This document shows, piece by piece, positions 39,466 to 49,337 of a stretch of 64,000 nt of DNA. The translations under genes were made by a program, and so were the position numbers. This DNA is from a virus. Under the pieces are notes generated by a model. The model had not been told where the DNA came from, did no database searches, and worked only from the letters and a program-made list of their open reading frames with translations. Every line of letters starts with the position of its first letter. Within the stretch, counting starts at the first letter, position 1. The DNA is taken from the IMG/VR virus record IMGVR_UViG_3300030117_001886, positions 1 through 64,000 of that record. One strand, written 5' to 3'.

Positions 39466-40605
39466 ATGGACAATAAAGAGAAACTAAACTTAGACGACAT
39501 TTCTTTCGATGATTTCATTGATGGAGGTGTAGCAACAGCGGGTGAAGAAGCAGTAGCCAGTGAGCTTGCGGTAGAAGAAACAAAAGAAGAACCAACTAAT
39601 GAACTTGATGAAGATGCAGCAGTCAAAGAATCAGGAGAAGAAGTTGAAGACATCGACACAGACGACGAGGAAGAAGAGGAAGTTGAAGAAACTTCAAATG
39701 ACTCAGCAGCAGATGATGGCGTGGAGGCTACGGAGTCTGCAGAAGATGGAGAAATAGATAACACCGTAATTGGTGAAGTTCTTACAAATCTTGGATATGA
39801 ATTGGAAGGAGACTATGCAGACACTGTAGAAGGTCTTACTCAAATGACACAGGATGTAGCACAAACAATGGCTGAAGATCAGTTGGATAATTTGTTTGAG
39901 CAGTTTCCTGAGATACAACAACATTTAGAGTTTGTCCTAAACGGTGGTGATTCTTCAGAGTTTTACAGTCAAGGCAATAGGCTAAATACAGTAGCAAATG
40001 TTAATCTTACAGAGAATAATGTAAATGCTCAACAAGCTGTACTTGTAGAATACTTCCGAGTAAAAGGACACGATGATTCTTTTATTGCAGAATTATTAGA
40101 AGATTATGCATCTACTGATAAATTATATGATAAGTCTGTAAAAGCAAAAGAAGCATTATTAAAATACGAACAAGCACAGAGAGCTCATCAAATGGAAGCA
40201 CAGAAACAAGCTTCAGCCCAGCAAAGACAGGAGGCACAAAATTTTTGGAGCAATGTAAGTGAAACTATTGAGGAGTCTAGAGAGTTCTCAGGAATAGTAG
40301 TACAACAAAAAGATAAGAAAAAGTTCTTTGACTATATATCTCAGCCAGTTGACAAACAAGGCAACACACAACGTGATCTAGATCATGAGGGTGCTGAGAT
40401 GGATGTTAGGTTAGCAATTGACTATCTAATGTTCAAAGGCTTTAAATTAGAAGATATGATCAAGGCAAAAGCTAAAACAGAAACAGCTAAAACCTTGAGA
40501 AAGCAGATCAAAAGAAGTACGAGATCTGTAAAAGGTGCAAAAGGTAAAGGAGGATCTAAATCATTTGATGTAGATAATCTAGACCTTAGCTTAACAAGTC
40601 TATAG
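39466..40605 (+). CDS. Acidic scaffold-like protein preceding the MCP
   Basis: Very acidic N-terminus, coiled coil, conserved position; start moved to the ATG at 39466. Confidence 0.75.
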   Translation: MDNKEKLNLDDISFDDFIDGGVATAGEEAVASELAVEETKEEPTNELDEDAAVKESGEEVEDIDTDDEEEEEVEETSNDSAADDGVEATESAEDGEIDNTVIGEVLTNLGYELEGDYADTVEGLTQMTQDVAQTMAEDQLDNLFEQFPEIQQHLEFVLNGGDSSEFYSQGNRLNTVANVNLTENNVNAQQAVLVEYFRVKGHDDSFIAELLEDYASTDKLYDKSVKAKEALLKYEQAQRAHQMEAQKQASAQQRQEAQNFWSNVSETIEESREFSGIVVQQKDKKKFFDYISQPVDKQGNTQRDLDHEGAEMDVRLAIDYLMFKGFKLEDMIKAKAKTETAKTLRKQIKRSTRSVKGAKGKGGSKSFDVDNLDLSLTSL

Positions 40606-40637
40606 GAAGGAACCTATAGCATTAAATTTAAATTGAA

Positions 40638-42059
40638 ATGCGAGTATTAAAAACTTATTACAATGATTCGCAAATGACTGACACTAATTCGTTGGTTAAT
40701 GCGTTGATGGAAAAGCCAACTGAGCTTTCTCCTATCATTACTCATCTCGCAGGACGTGAGGATAGAAAATTTCCTTTGACTATGTTGACAGAAGGTGTAG
40801 GTAACACTGTATCTATTGATCGCTTTGAATACGAGTATCGTGTTAAATCACACACTCAACATATTCGTCCTGTATTAGGCAGCCTTGGTGCAGATCAAGG
40901 ACAAGGTGGAGCAATCTTCACCGTAACATTCCCAGACAAATGGTTTGTTTTCCCATATACATTAGTTTCTCAATCAGGAGTACTATGTAGAATTATGGCT
41001 GAACCACGCGCGGTGAATGGTGCTTATGAGTACGACTTAAAATTAGTTAATCCAAGTACAACTTTAGTTGTTCCTCAAGCAGACGTTACTAACGGTGCTA
41101 TGTGGGGTCAATTGTACGCTAACGTAGGAGTTGACTTCTCAAGAGGTAACGCTTCTAACTGGTCTGCGCCAGGTTTAATCCGTAACAAAATTGGTACGGT
41201 ACGTAAATCTTACCACATGTCTGGTAACGCAAAAGACTATGTTGCTGAGTTTGAATTACCAACTAAAGAAGGTTCAACTACTAAATTATGGATGGACTAT
41301 GAAGAATATCAGCACATGTTACACTTTAAACAAGAGTGTGAGTTGATGTATATGTATGGTGAGAAGACTTATGATGATAATGGTGTAACTACTATGACAG
41401 ACGAAAACGGACAACCTGTTATCGCTGGTCCTGGTTTATTACAACAAATCATTAACAAGGATACTTACTCTACTTTAACTGAAAACAAGTTGAAGAATAT
41501 TATTGGTGACTTATTCTACGGAATGACTGATGCTTCTCAAAAGCAAATTACTCTTTACACTGGAACAGGTGGTATGAGAGAATTTGATGAGGCGTTAAAG
41601 AATCATTTCGGAGCAACTGCTAACTCATTTAAGGTTGGTGGCGAGAATAGATTCATCACAGGTACTGGTCGTTCATTAGGATTGACTGGTTACTTTACAA
41701 CATACGAGCACGTGGATGGACACGTAGTAAATGTAGTTAAACATGATATGTTTGACCACGGCCCAGTTGCACAAGCTCGTTCAAAACACCCTGTTACAGG
41801 ATATTCACTAGAATCTTACCGTATGGTATTTGTTGATAACTCTAACTATGATGGCCAAGCCAACATTCAGATGATCAACAAGAAAGGTCGTGAGTATTTA
41901 AGATGGGCAGTAGCTGGATCTGTAGTACCTAAAGGGTTTGCAGAATCAGATTTACGTGCATCTGATGTAGACGGGGCGTCTGTACACATGTTGAAAACTG
42001 GTGGTATTGTATTGAAGAGATTTGATACTTCACTAGACATTGAGTGTGTACGTTCGTAA
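40638..42059 (+). CDS. Major capsid protein (HK97 fold, crAss-type)
   Basis: 473 aa with highly biased codons; TGTGGMREF, GYFTTY, FDHG and HPVTG..LESYRMVF. Confidence 0.9.
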   Translation: MRVLKTYYNDSQMTDTNSLVNALMEKPTELSPIITHLAGREDRKFPLTMLTEGVGNTVSIDRFEYEYRVKSHTQHIRPVLGSLGADQGQGGAIFTVTFPDKWFVFPYTLVSQSGVLCRIMAEPRAVNGAYEYDLKLVNPSTTLVVPQADVTNGAMWGQLYANVGVDFSRGNASNWSAPGLIRNKIGTVRKSYHMSGNAKDYVAEFELPTKEGSTTKLWMDYEEYQHMLHFKQECELMYMYGEKTYDDNGVTTMTDENGQPVIAGPGLLQQIINKDTYSTLTENKLKNIIGDLFYGMTDASQKQITLYTGTGGMREFDEALKNHFGATANSFKVGGENRFITGTGRSLGLTGYFTTYEHVDGHVVNVVKHDMFDHGPVAQARSKHPVTGYSLESYRMVFVDNSNYDGQANIQMINKKGREYLRWAVAGSVVPKGFAESDLRASDVDGASVHMLKTGGIVLKRFDTSLDIECVRS

Positions 42060-42199
42060 GAGGCGTTAATCGCAGTCTATATATCTGGTTTCTCGAGATG
42101 AGGGGGGTGTCAAAGCCCCCCGTAATCTCATAACTATAAGAAAGTAGGGTTGAGTATTCTTACAGACCCGAATGGAAATTTAATTTAAAGAACTTAAAA

Positions 42200-43012
42200 A
42201 TGATAAAAAAAGTAATTTTAAGGCGTAAAGAGACTAAGAGTTTCTTGCCTAAAGAGATTCAATTAGAATCAAGAATGTACCTTAGTAGTGTTTATAAAGA
42301 TAGACAACCTCTAAGGGCTTTTAGCGCAGACGAGTGCAAAAAGCATTTAAATGGCCTACTTGATGTAGGTGCTGATCATGTAGATTGGCCTAAGCATGAA
42401 AAGAAATATTGGGCAGAACTATCTATCAATGTTCCTTTTGCAGGAGTAGAGTTAGATATTTCAACAGACGAGGATGGAAGACCAGTTAATCAGGAAGACT
42501 GGATTCGTTACAAGTGGGCACAAAGACACCCACATGTAGCAAACAGTAAGAAAGAAATGGATTCTCAGTTTGGTAAAAGATTTTACATCCTTGACCCAGG
42601 GCAAGAAGTTAGAACTAAGAATAATAAAATTCAAGTTTTAAAAGATGCCGACAAAGAATTTATTAAAGCTTCAGGAAGCGTAGATAAAATGAAACATATT
42701 GTAAAACTTATGTCAAATACTACAAATCCTGATACTCTAACAAAAGAAGAATTAGAGAACTTGCTTTATGAATTAAAGAACGCTGAGCCTGCTAAATTCT
42801 TAAAATTTGCAACTGACAAAGATTTAGAATTAAAAGCTCAGATAGAAGAAATGGTTAGTCTGGAGATATTGCGTAAGATTGGTAATCAAATAATTTATAT
42901 TGATGAGATCTTAGGAGATACAATGAAGGACGCTGTTATACAGTTGAATGATAAAAAGAACTCAGGAAAACTGATGGAACTTAGAGCAAAACTAAAAGAA
43001 GCTAAAAGTTAA
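42200..43012 (+). CDS. Conserved crAss-like protein downstream of the MCP
   Basis: 270 aa; HPHVANS...FYI.D; syntenic position. Confidence 0.7.
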   Translation: MIKKVILRRKETKSFLPKEIQLESRMYLSSVYKDRQPLRAFSADECKKHLNGLLDVGADHVDWPKHEKKYWAELSINVPFAGVELDISTDEDGRPVNQEDWIRYKWAQRHPHVANSKKEMDSQFGKRFYILDPGQEVRTKNNKIQVLKDADKEFIKASGSVDKMKHIVKLMSNTTNPDTLTKEELENLLYELKNAEPAKFLKFATDKDLELKAQIEEMVSLEILRKIGNQIIYIDEILGDTMKDAVIQLNDKKNSGKLMELRAKLKEAKS

Positions 43013-44091
43013 TGAACATAAATGAAATGCATATAGCGGTGAACCAGGGAGTGGACAAGATCCACTCTCTGCAAGCCGATGTATTATTAAGCGAGGAGAT
43101 AGATCTAGAGCTTAATAAAAATATCATGAGATTTATAAACCAAAGGTTTAATCCTATGGGTAATAAGTATCGTCAAGGTTTTGAGCAAAGTCAAAAAAGA
43201 ATTGATGATCTTAGAACTCTTTTAACGGAATCAAACCTGACTGTAACTTTCAAAGAAAATTTACTTAATGGTAAAATATTTGTAGATGTAGCAGAATTAC
43301 CAGATGATTATTTATATCTAATTAGACAAAGTTCTAAAGTAAATATAAATAATTGTAAACCTATTAATTTTGGGTTTAGTGATGCTGGGGCAACAGTGTT
43401 TAATGCAACAATACCAGAATCTGCTTTTAATACTATTGCAGGTGATGGTATTAACCTGTATGATTCTTTATTGTTTTTTTCTGACCCGGCTGTTAACTCT
43501 AGTATTAGTTTATATAGTGGTGCTGTTAATGATGAAAATCTTAGTGATTTTATTATGCATATTATTCCACAGAGTGTTACTGCAGGGTTTTCTATGGGAG
43601 GTATTGGTAATAATCTGTTAATAACAATTGATGGGTTTCCAGGATTTGTTGATGGACAAAGTCAAGTTCAATTAACTGTAAATGGTGTAACATCTGTATA
43701 TGATTTTACAGCTAGTAGTGTAGGAACACATAGAATTCCTACAAGTGTTTTTACTAGAGAAATGCATCCTAACAAGTTTATACAACATGATGATATTTTC
43801 AAACTGTTAACAGACCCATTTAACAAAACAAAACATACAGCTCCTTTATCAACGATACAAGGAGATAATATAGAAATATATACTGATGATACATTTCTCA
43901 TAGAGGAAGTAAAATTATTATATTTAAGGCAACCTGCAAAGGTTGATAATACTTCTACAGTTCCTGTAAACTGTGATCTTCCAGACCACACTCATCAGGA
44001 AATTGTAGATATGACTGTATCAACGATCTTAGGTAATATTTCAGATCCAAGATATAGTATCTCTGTAACAGAAAAAATGCAGAGCGAATAA
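43012..44091 (+). CDS. Head-tail ring/adaptor protein with an inserted domain
   Basis: EMH..., GFEQSQKRIDDLRTL and YLRQPAKV...CDLPDHTHQEIVDMTV. Confidence 0.7.
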   Translation: MNINEMHIAVNQGVDKIHSLQADVLLSEEIDLELNKNIMRFINQRFNPMGNKYRQGFEQSQKRIDDLRTLLTESNLTVTFKENLLNGKIFVDVAELPDDYLYLIRQSSKVNINNCKPINFGFSDAGATVFNATIPESAFNTIAGDGINLYDSLLFFSDPAVNSSISLYSGAVNDENLSDFIMHIIPQSVTAGFSMGGIGNNLLITIDGFPGFVDGQSQVQLTVNGVTSVYDFTASSVGTHRIPTSVFTREMHPNKFIQHDDIFKLLTDPFNKTKHTAPLSTIQGDNIEIYTDDTFLIEEVKLLYLRQPAKVDNTSTVPVNCDLPDHTHQEIVDMTVSTILGNISDPRYSISVTEKMQSE

Positions 44092-44134
44092 TTATTTATT
44101 AACGTGATATTTATATCACACAAATTTTAGAAAA

Positions 44135-45154
44135 ATGAGCGGAATTTATAGAGCTACATTTGTAACAGAGGCTGACTTATCAGCAGATGGATCTGATTTT
44201 GATGGAATCGCATCAGGAGAGGTAGGAATTTTTAACGTAGATACAGGAGCTTATTTAAGTGCAAATGAAGCATTCTTGTCAACAGAGTTTGCAGATGACA
44301 CTAGTGGCGCTGGAGCAACAGACCAACAGTTAGATACTAGAATCATACCTAGACGTTTTCAAATTGTACAAGGTCGTGATGTTGGTAACCCTTGGTGTTC
44401 ACCAATCATCCAAAAAGAAGATGTATTGAGAATTGACTGTAGTCCAAAATCATCTGCAGCAGCAGCTACATCATCAATTGATTTAAGTGGTGCTTCAATT
44501 GCAGTAGGCGAAACTTATTCAATTAAGTTTGTAATTACATCTATTGACTTTCACTATGAAAACTTTGTTAATCCAAATGATTCAAAGAATGTATCATATG
44601 TGGGACAAGTATTACAGTATGAGCGTACAGCTACTTCAGCAACATTAGATACTGAATTAGCTGCTATGGTAGTTGAGTTTAATGCTAAAGATGGCTTCCC
44701 ATTCACAGCTGGTTATACTTCTGGTACTGATGTATTATTATTTACTTGTGACAACGAGTTTGTTAGCTTTGAGGCTAAGTATGATTTTAGCAGTATTACT
44801 ACAGCACCTACAGTAACTACAGTAACTGATACTAAGCATGTAGTAGGTTTTGGTGATGGTAGAATAGTTAGAGGTATGGAAAAACAAACACAAGCTTTGT
44901 TTGGATACCAAAACAGAATTTACTTACCACAAAGTCCAACATTATATTCAGTAGCATCTAATGACTACGATATGATCTCTCTTACTTTTGATCAAGGGAG
45001 AAAAGGACATGCTAATCCATGGTTATTCACAGGAGAAAATGTTGTAAACATTGCTATTAAGGATGGTACTACACACACTGCCTTTGATAACGCATTTGGC
45101 GCTAACATTGACGGTGGAGCAGCTACTCTTTACTCTAAGTACGGAGCAGCATAA
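44135..45154 (+). CDS. Structural protein (putative auxiliary capsid/decoration protein)
   Basis: 339 aa, S/T/A/D-rich, followed by a strong terminator. Confidence 0.6.
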   Translation: MSGIYRATFVTEADLSADGSDFDGIASGEVGIFNVDTGAYLSANEAFLSTEFADDTSGAGATDQQLDTRIIPRRFQIVQGRDVGNPWCSPIIQKEDVLRIDCSPKSSAAAATSSIDLSGASIAVGETYSIKFVITSIDFHYENFVNPNDSKNVSYVGQVLQYERTATSATLDTELAAMVVEFNAKDGFPFTAGYTSGTDVLLFTCDNEFVSFEAKYDFSSITTAPTVTTVTDTKHVVGFGDGRIVRGMEKQTQALFGYQNRIYLPQSPTLYSVASNDYDMISLTFDQGRKGHANPWLFTGENVVNIAIKDGTTHTAFDNAFGANIDGGAATLYSKYGAA

Positions 45155-45165
45155 TCATTAACTTT

Positions 45166-45200
45166 ATTCATCCCCTGAAATATGGGGATGAATTTTTTTT
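45166..45200 (+). terminator. Intrinsic terminator
   Basis: ATTCATCCCC-TGAAATAT-GGGGATGAAT followed by T7. Confidence 0.9.
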
Positions 45201-45209
45201 ATTTAAAAC

Positions 45210-45719
45210 ATGTCACAAAATAATATTTCAGTAACAATAAGTAAAGACTGTGAGGTTATTACATTAAAAGTTTTACCTATAGATCCAGGAGGAGGAGTTT
45301 TAACTTTAACAGGAGCTCACAATGGAGCTGCTTTAAATTTTACACCAAATACTTTTCCAAATCCTATAGCAGGACAAATGATAAGTTTAACATTTACTGC
45401 AGATCAATTGAATAGTGCAGGCTCAGAGCTTTCAGGTATATATATATTTACAGCTCACCAAGGAACTTTTAAAGTTTCAGGAGGTGTAGTAGCAGCTTGT
45501 AGTTTACAGTGTTGTATTGCTAATGAAATAAATGAATACATGGCATGTCCTTGTGATCCAACAAAATCTCCTAAACTAGAAAAAGCTACAAAAGTATTTT
45601 TATTAGCAGAGGGAGCTCAAGCTGATTTATCAGCTACTATACCAAACCCAGATAATGCGATAGCAAAATTTAATAAAGCAGTATCACTGTGTAATTCATC
45701 TTGCGGCTGTGGCTGCTAA
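45210..45719 (+). CDS. Hypothetical structural protein with Cys-rich C-terminus (tail hub-like)
   Basis: CSLQCC, CPC and terminal CNSSCGCGC. Confidence 0.65.
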   Translation: MSQNNISVTISKDCEVITLKVLPIDPGGGVLTLTGAHNGAALNFTPNTFPNPIAGQMISLTFTADQLNSAGSELSGIYIFTAHQGTFKVSGGVVAACSLQCCIANEINEYMACPCDPTKSPKLEKATKVFLLAEGAQADLSATIPNPDNAIAKFNKAVSLCNSSCGCGC

Positions 45720-45730
45720 AATAAAAGCAT

Positions 45731-48700
45731 ATGCCTAAGTATTCTATATCTGCTTCTATAATATCTCCAAGAAAACAAGCTGCAACTTTAATAATGGGTG
45801 TAGGGGGTGGAGATTATTACTTTCCTGCTACCATTTATGGAACTAGTGATTTTGGTGTAATAATTTCTGACTTACTAGTAATTGATGATTTAGGTACACC
45901 TACATCACCACCTACTGATCAAGCGCTTTCATCAATAGATGCGGTAAAGATTGAAGGAAATAACTATTCTAGTGGTGGTTTTCTAACCAGTACTTCAGGA
46001 CAGTGGCAAGCAGAAGTTTATCAAGTTCCTCAAAATGCAGCTTCAGGTTCCGGAGGTTCAAGAGTTCTCCTAAAAGGAGCCATGTTTGACGCCTGTTGGG
46101 ATGCAAACCAAGCAGGAACAGGATCTTCTACAGGGTTTGAGCCTATAAGAATAGAAATACAATGGTCCATACCAGATCCAACAGATCCAACCCAATTTCT
46201 TCAAGCTCCTAATAATATACAACTATTTCATCCAGGAGGTGCTATTTATCCAGGACCTATTGTTGGTCAAATTGTAGGTTGTGGTGGTTTTAGAGATCCT
46301 GTTTCAAACCAATTAGTGGATGCAAATTATGCACTAGATCTTAAAGAGTTAGGTACTAATGCAGCAGAATATTCAGACCCAGGTAATGGTGTTGATGTTT
46401 ATGCAATGGATATACCTAATGTAGCATACTTTACGGATGGTACTATAGGGGATGTATTTGTACAAGAGTTCGGAGCTATTGCTCCTAATCAATATAATGG
46501 TCAGGGAAATAGTATAAAGATAGGAGATTTTACTATGAGTGGGAATGGGTATGATACACATTTTCTAGTATCAGATCCAGATAATCCTAATACTAGTATC
46601 TTAGGTGTTTCTCAAACTCCAGGAGGAACTAATCTTCAAGATTTTTTAAAGAGACCTTTGAGTACTGACGAGTGGGGAATTTTTGTTATTAATGATATAG
46701 GAAACTCTCAATTAGGTGGTGGCACAAGTCCTGCAAAAATAACAACTGCAAATGACTGGAATAATGCTGCAGAATGGTGTTCTATGTCATACTTCTCAGT
46801 TAGTGACTTTTGTCAGTTTCAGGTAACTAATCAATATATTCCAGGATGTACAGATCCTCTAGCATGTAATTATGACGCAGCTGCTGAAATAAATGATGGT
46901 ACATGTACATACGATAATTATTGTGTGATTGCTGGTTCAGATAATAATGATACTTCAAATCCTACATATTTTACAATAGACGCAACTACTGGAACTATTA
47001 CAATGGATCGACAAGATCTTATTATAGATTTTGGTAATGATCAGACTGTAAATTCATGTGGCCAAACTTTTTCACCTGCTACAAATCCATTTGGTTCAGA
47101 TTTTGCAGATGGAAATAGTTCTACTACAAGTATTGATAGAATATCATTTGCCATGGATATTAATGATGGTAATGGTATGCAGATTATTGATGAGCATATA
47201 GGTTTTAATGGTGGTGGAACCCCTGTCGTCTCTGATGCACTTCGACCTGATTTTGTGGGAGCGGATAACGATGGAGATGGAGTGCCAGATAGCGCAAGCT
47301 CTCTTGGTGCTTTCACAAATTTAGGGCAGGTATTACCAGCAGGACAAACAATCACTTGTAAGTTTATAGTTTTTGGTAATGGTGAATATCCTGGAGGGTG
47401 TTCAGTTCAAAGTACAACATATTCTATAACTACTCCAAATATTTCAATAGTAGGATGTACAGATTCTACAGCATATAATTACAATGCAAATGCTACTGTA
47501 GATGATGGAACATGTAGTATTTGTAACAGTGGTGCTGATTTTGCTCCCAACTTAAACATAGATAATCAAGCTGCACCAGCTTCACAATCAGGAGCTGCTG
47601 ATGGTGCTACAACTTTTAACATAAATGCAGTAGGTAGCGCATTTGCGGGGGGAGTTCAGACTGGTAATTTAATAGCAATTTTTGCTGGAAATCTAAGCGA
47701 AGCAGATATTGTAGCACATGCTCAAGGAACAAACTCTAGTATAGCGCCAATCATGTCTCAGTCTTGGGTAGGTAATCAACAAAATCCAGGTAGTCCCTCA
47801 GTAACATTTATAGGGTTAACGGGTAATGTTACATATAATTACTTAGTATATAATCCTAGCCTTATAGTAAATGATCCTGCAAATAATTTAAATGGTAACT
47901 GTTACAACTTTGGGTTTTTTACACAAAGCTATTATGCTTGTACAAATCCTAGTAATGATCCTTATATTACAAATGGTGTACCCGCTACTAGTTTAACTGT
48001 AGATGATCCTTCTTTATGTACTTTAGTTTCGACATGTGCAGCACTAAACCAAACTTTAGGTGCAAGCTATCAGGTTCTATCTACTAATCCATGTGATCCT
48101 CCTCTCATAAGTATAACATATAGTAATGCTGTATTCTATAATGGTAGTATGTTAACTAGTATGCTTATTCAGGAGCCTACTGGGTCATCACACGACTTAA
48201 CGGCGCAACTTCAAGCAGGATCTAGTACCCTTAATTATAATTTAAATGCTAGTGATATTCCAGGAGATTATATAATTAGTATGGAAACCCAACTTCCTGG
48301 TTCATTAACTCTATGCTTGTTAGAAGAAACGGTAAATGTTCCTCAATCAGCATTTGAAGTTTGTGGGTGTACAGATCAGGGGGCAGATAACTATAATCCT
48401 AATTCTACTCAAGATGATGGATCATGTGAATATTCTGGGTGTACAGATCCAACAGCAACAAACTTTAATCCACAAGCAACAATTGATAACGGAACATGTA
48501 TATTCCCAGTATTTGGATGTACTGATCCAAATGCTACCAATTACAATCCAGCCGCAGATACAGATGACGGTTCGTGTAATTATATTTTAATAGAAGTAGG
48601 ATGTACCGATCCCCAGGCATCAAACTTTTCTCCAACTGCCACTCAAGATAGTGGTAACTGTATATATCCTGGATGTACTGATCTTAATGCAGCAAATCCT

Positions 48701-49336
48701 ACATATTATACTGATCCAAATGATCCTAGTCAACAAATTTTAGCAAATCAAAGTGATGGATCATGTATATATACTATAATTGATATACCAGGATGTACTG
48801 ATGTTGCTGCTGATAATTACAGTATAGCGGCAACTGTAGATGATGGTTCTTGTACATATGGAGGAAACAATGGTACGACAGGGCCAACAGGTCCAACAAC
48901 AGCAATAACAGCTTTAGCAGATGGTCCTGCAGGGTATGGTGCTTTTTTACATCATATGACTGATTGTCTTTCTAAAGCATTAACAAGGTATCATAATAAA
49001 ATGATTGCAGGTGTTACCTGTGATGATGATACTCTTGTGCACCTCGCATTAGCTAGTAAACTTCTAAAAAACATGCAAATAGATTGTTTATTTGATGTTG
49101 AAAGTGATGTAGCTATGGGAAAATTAAATAATTTGATTAAATTTGTACTTTCGTATTGTGATGATTGTGAGTATGATTTAGCTGAGAGCGGTGCAATAGT
49201 AGCATTTGAAGAAGATCAAATTATAGACCTAGACACAGAGTCTATATTAATAGATACGAATAATAATGGTGTAAATACCGCAAATCAAAGTAGTTTTATA
49301 TTTGATAACGGAACAACCAACATAACAATTTTATAA
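45731..49336 (+). CDS. Large GCTD-repeat structural/fibre protein
   Basis: 1201 aa, no signal peptide, 8 GCTDxxAxNY..A..DDGSC repeats. Confidence 0.75.
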   Translation: MPKYSISASIISPRKQAATLIMGVGGGDYYFPATIYGTSDFGVIISDLLVIDDLGTPTSPPTDQALSSIDAVKIEGNNYSSGGFLTSTSGQWQAEVYQVPQNAASGSGGSRVLLKGAMFDACWDANQAGTGSSTGFEPIRIEIQWSIPDPTDPTQFLQAPNNIQLFHPGGAIYPGPIVGQIVGCGGFRDPVSNQLVDANYALDLKELGTNAAEYSDPGNGVDVYAMDIPNVAYFTDGTIGDVFVQEFGAIAPNQYNGQGNSIKIGDFTMSGNGYDTHFLVSDPDNPNTSILGVSQTPGGTNLQDFLKRPLSTDEWGIFVINDIGNSQLGGGTSPAKITTANDWNNAAEWCSMSYFSVSDFCQFQVTNQYIPGCTDPLACNYDAAAEINDGTCTYDNYCVIAGSDNNDTSNPTYFTIDATTGTITMDRQDLIIDFGNDQTVNSCGQTFSPATNPFGSDFADGNSSTTSIDRISFAMDINDGNGMQIIDEHIGFNGGGTPVVSDALRPDFVGADNDGDGVPDSASSLGAFTNLGQVLPAGQTITCKFIVFGNGEYPGGCSVQSTTYSITTPNISIVGCTDSTAYNYNANATVDDGTCSICNSGADFAPNLNIDNQAAPASQSGAADGATTFNINAVGSAFAGGVQTGNLIAIFAGNLSEADIVAHAQGTNSSIAPIMSQSWVGNQQNPGSPSVTFIGLTGNVTYNYLVYNPSLIVNDPANNLNGNCYNFGFFTQSYYACTNPSNDPYITNGVPATSLTVDDPSLCTLVSTCAALNQTLGASYQVLSTNPCDPPLISITYSNAVFYNGSMLTSMLIQEPTGSSHDLTAQLQAGSSTLNYNLNASDIPGDYIISMETQLPGSLTLCLLEETVNVPQSAFEVCGCTDQGADNYNPNSTQDDGSCEYSGCTDPTATNFNPQATIDNGTCIFPVFGCTDPNATNYNPAADTDDGSCNYILIEVGCTDPQASNFSPTATQDSGNCIYPGCTDLNAANPTYYTDPNDPSQQILANQSDGSCIYTIIDIPGCTDVAADNYSIAATVDDGSCTYGGNNGTTGPTGPTTAITALADGPAGYGAFLHHMTDCLSKALTRYHNKMIAGVTCDDDTLVHLALASKLLKNMQIDCLFDVESDVAMGKLNNLIKFVLSYCDDCEYDLAESGAIVAFEEDQIIDLDTESILIDTNNNGVNTANQSSFIFDNGTTNITIL
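48365..48853 (+). repeat. Six clustered GCTD...DDGSC coding repeats
   Basis: Seen in the translation. Confidence 0.85.
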
Positions 49337-49337
49337 A

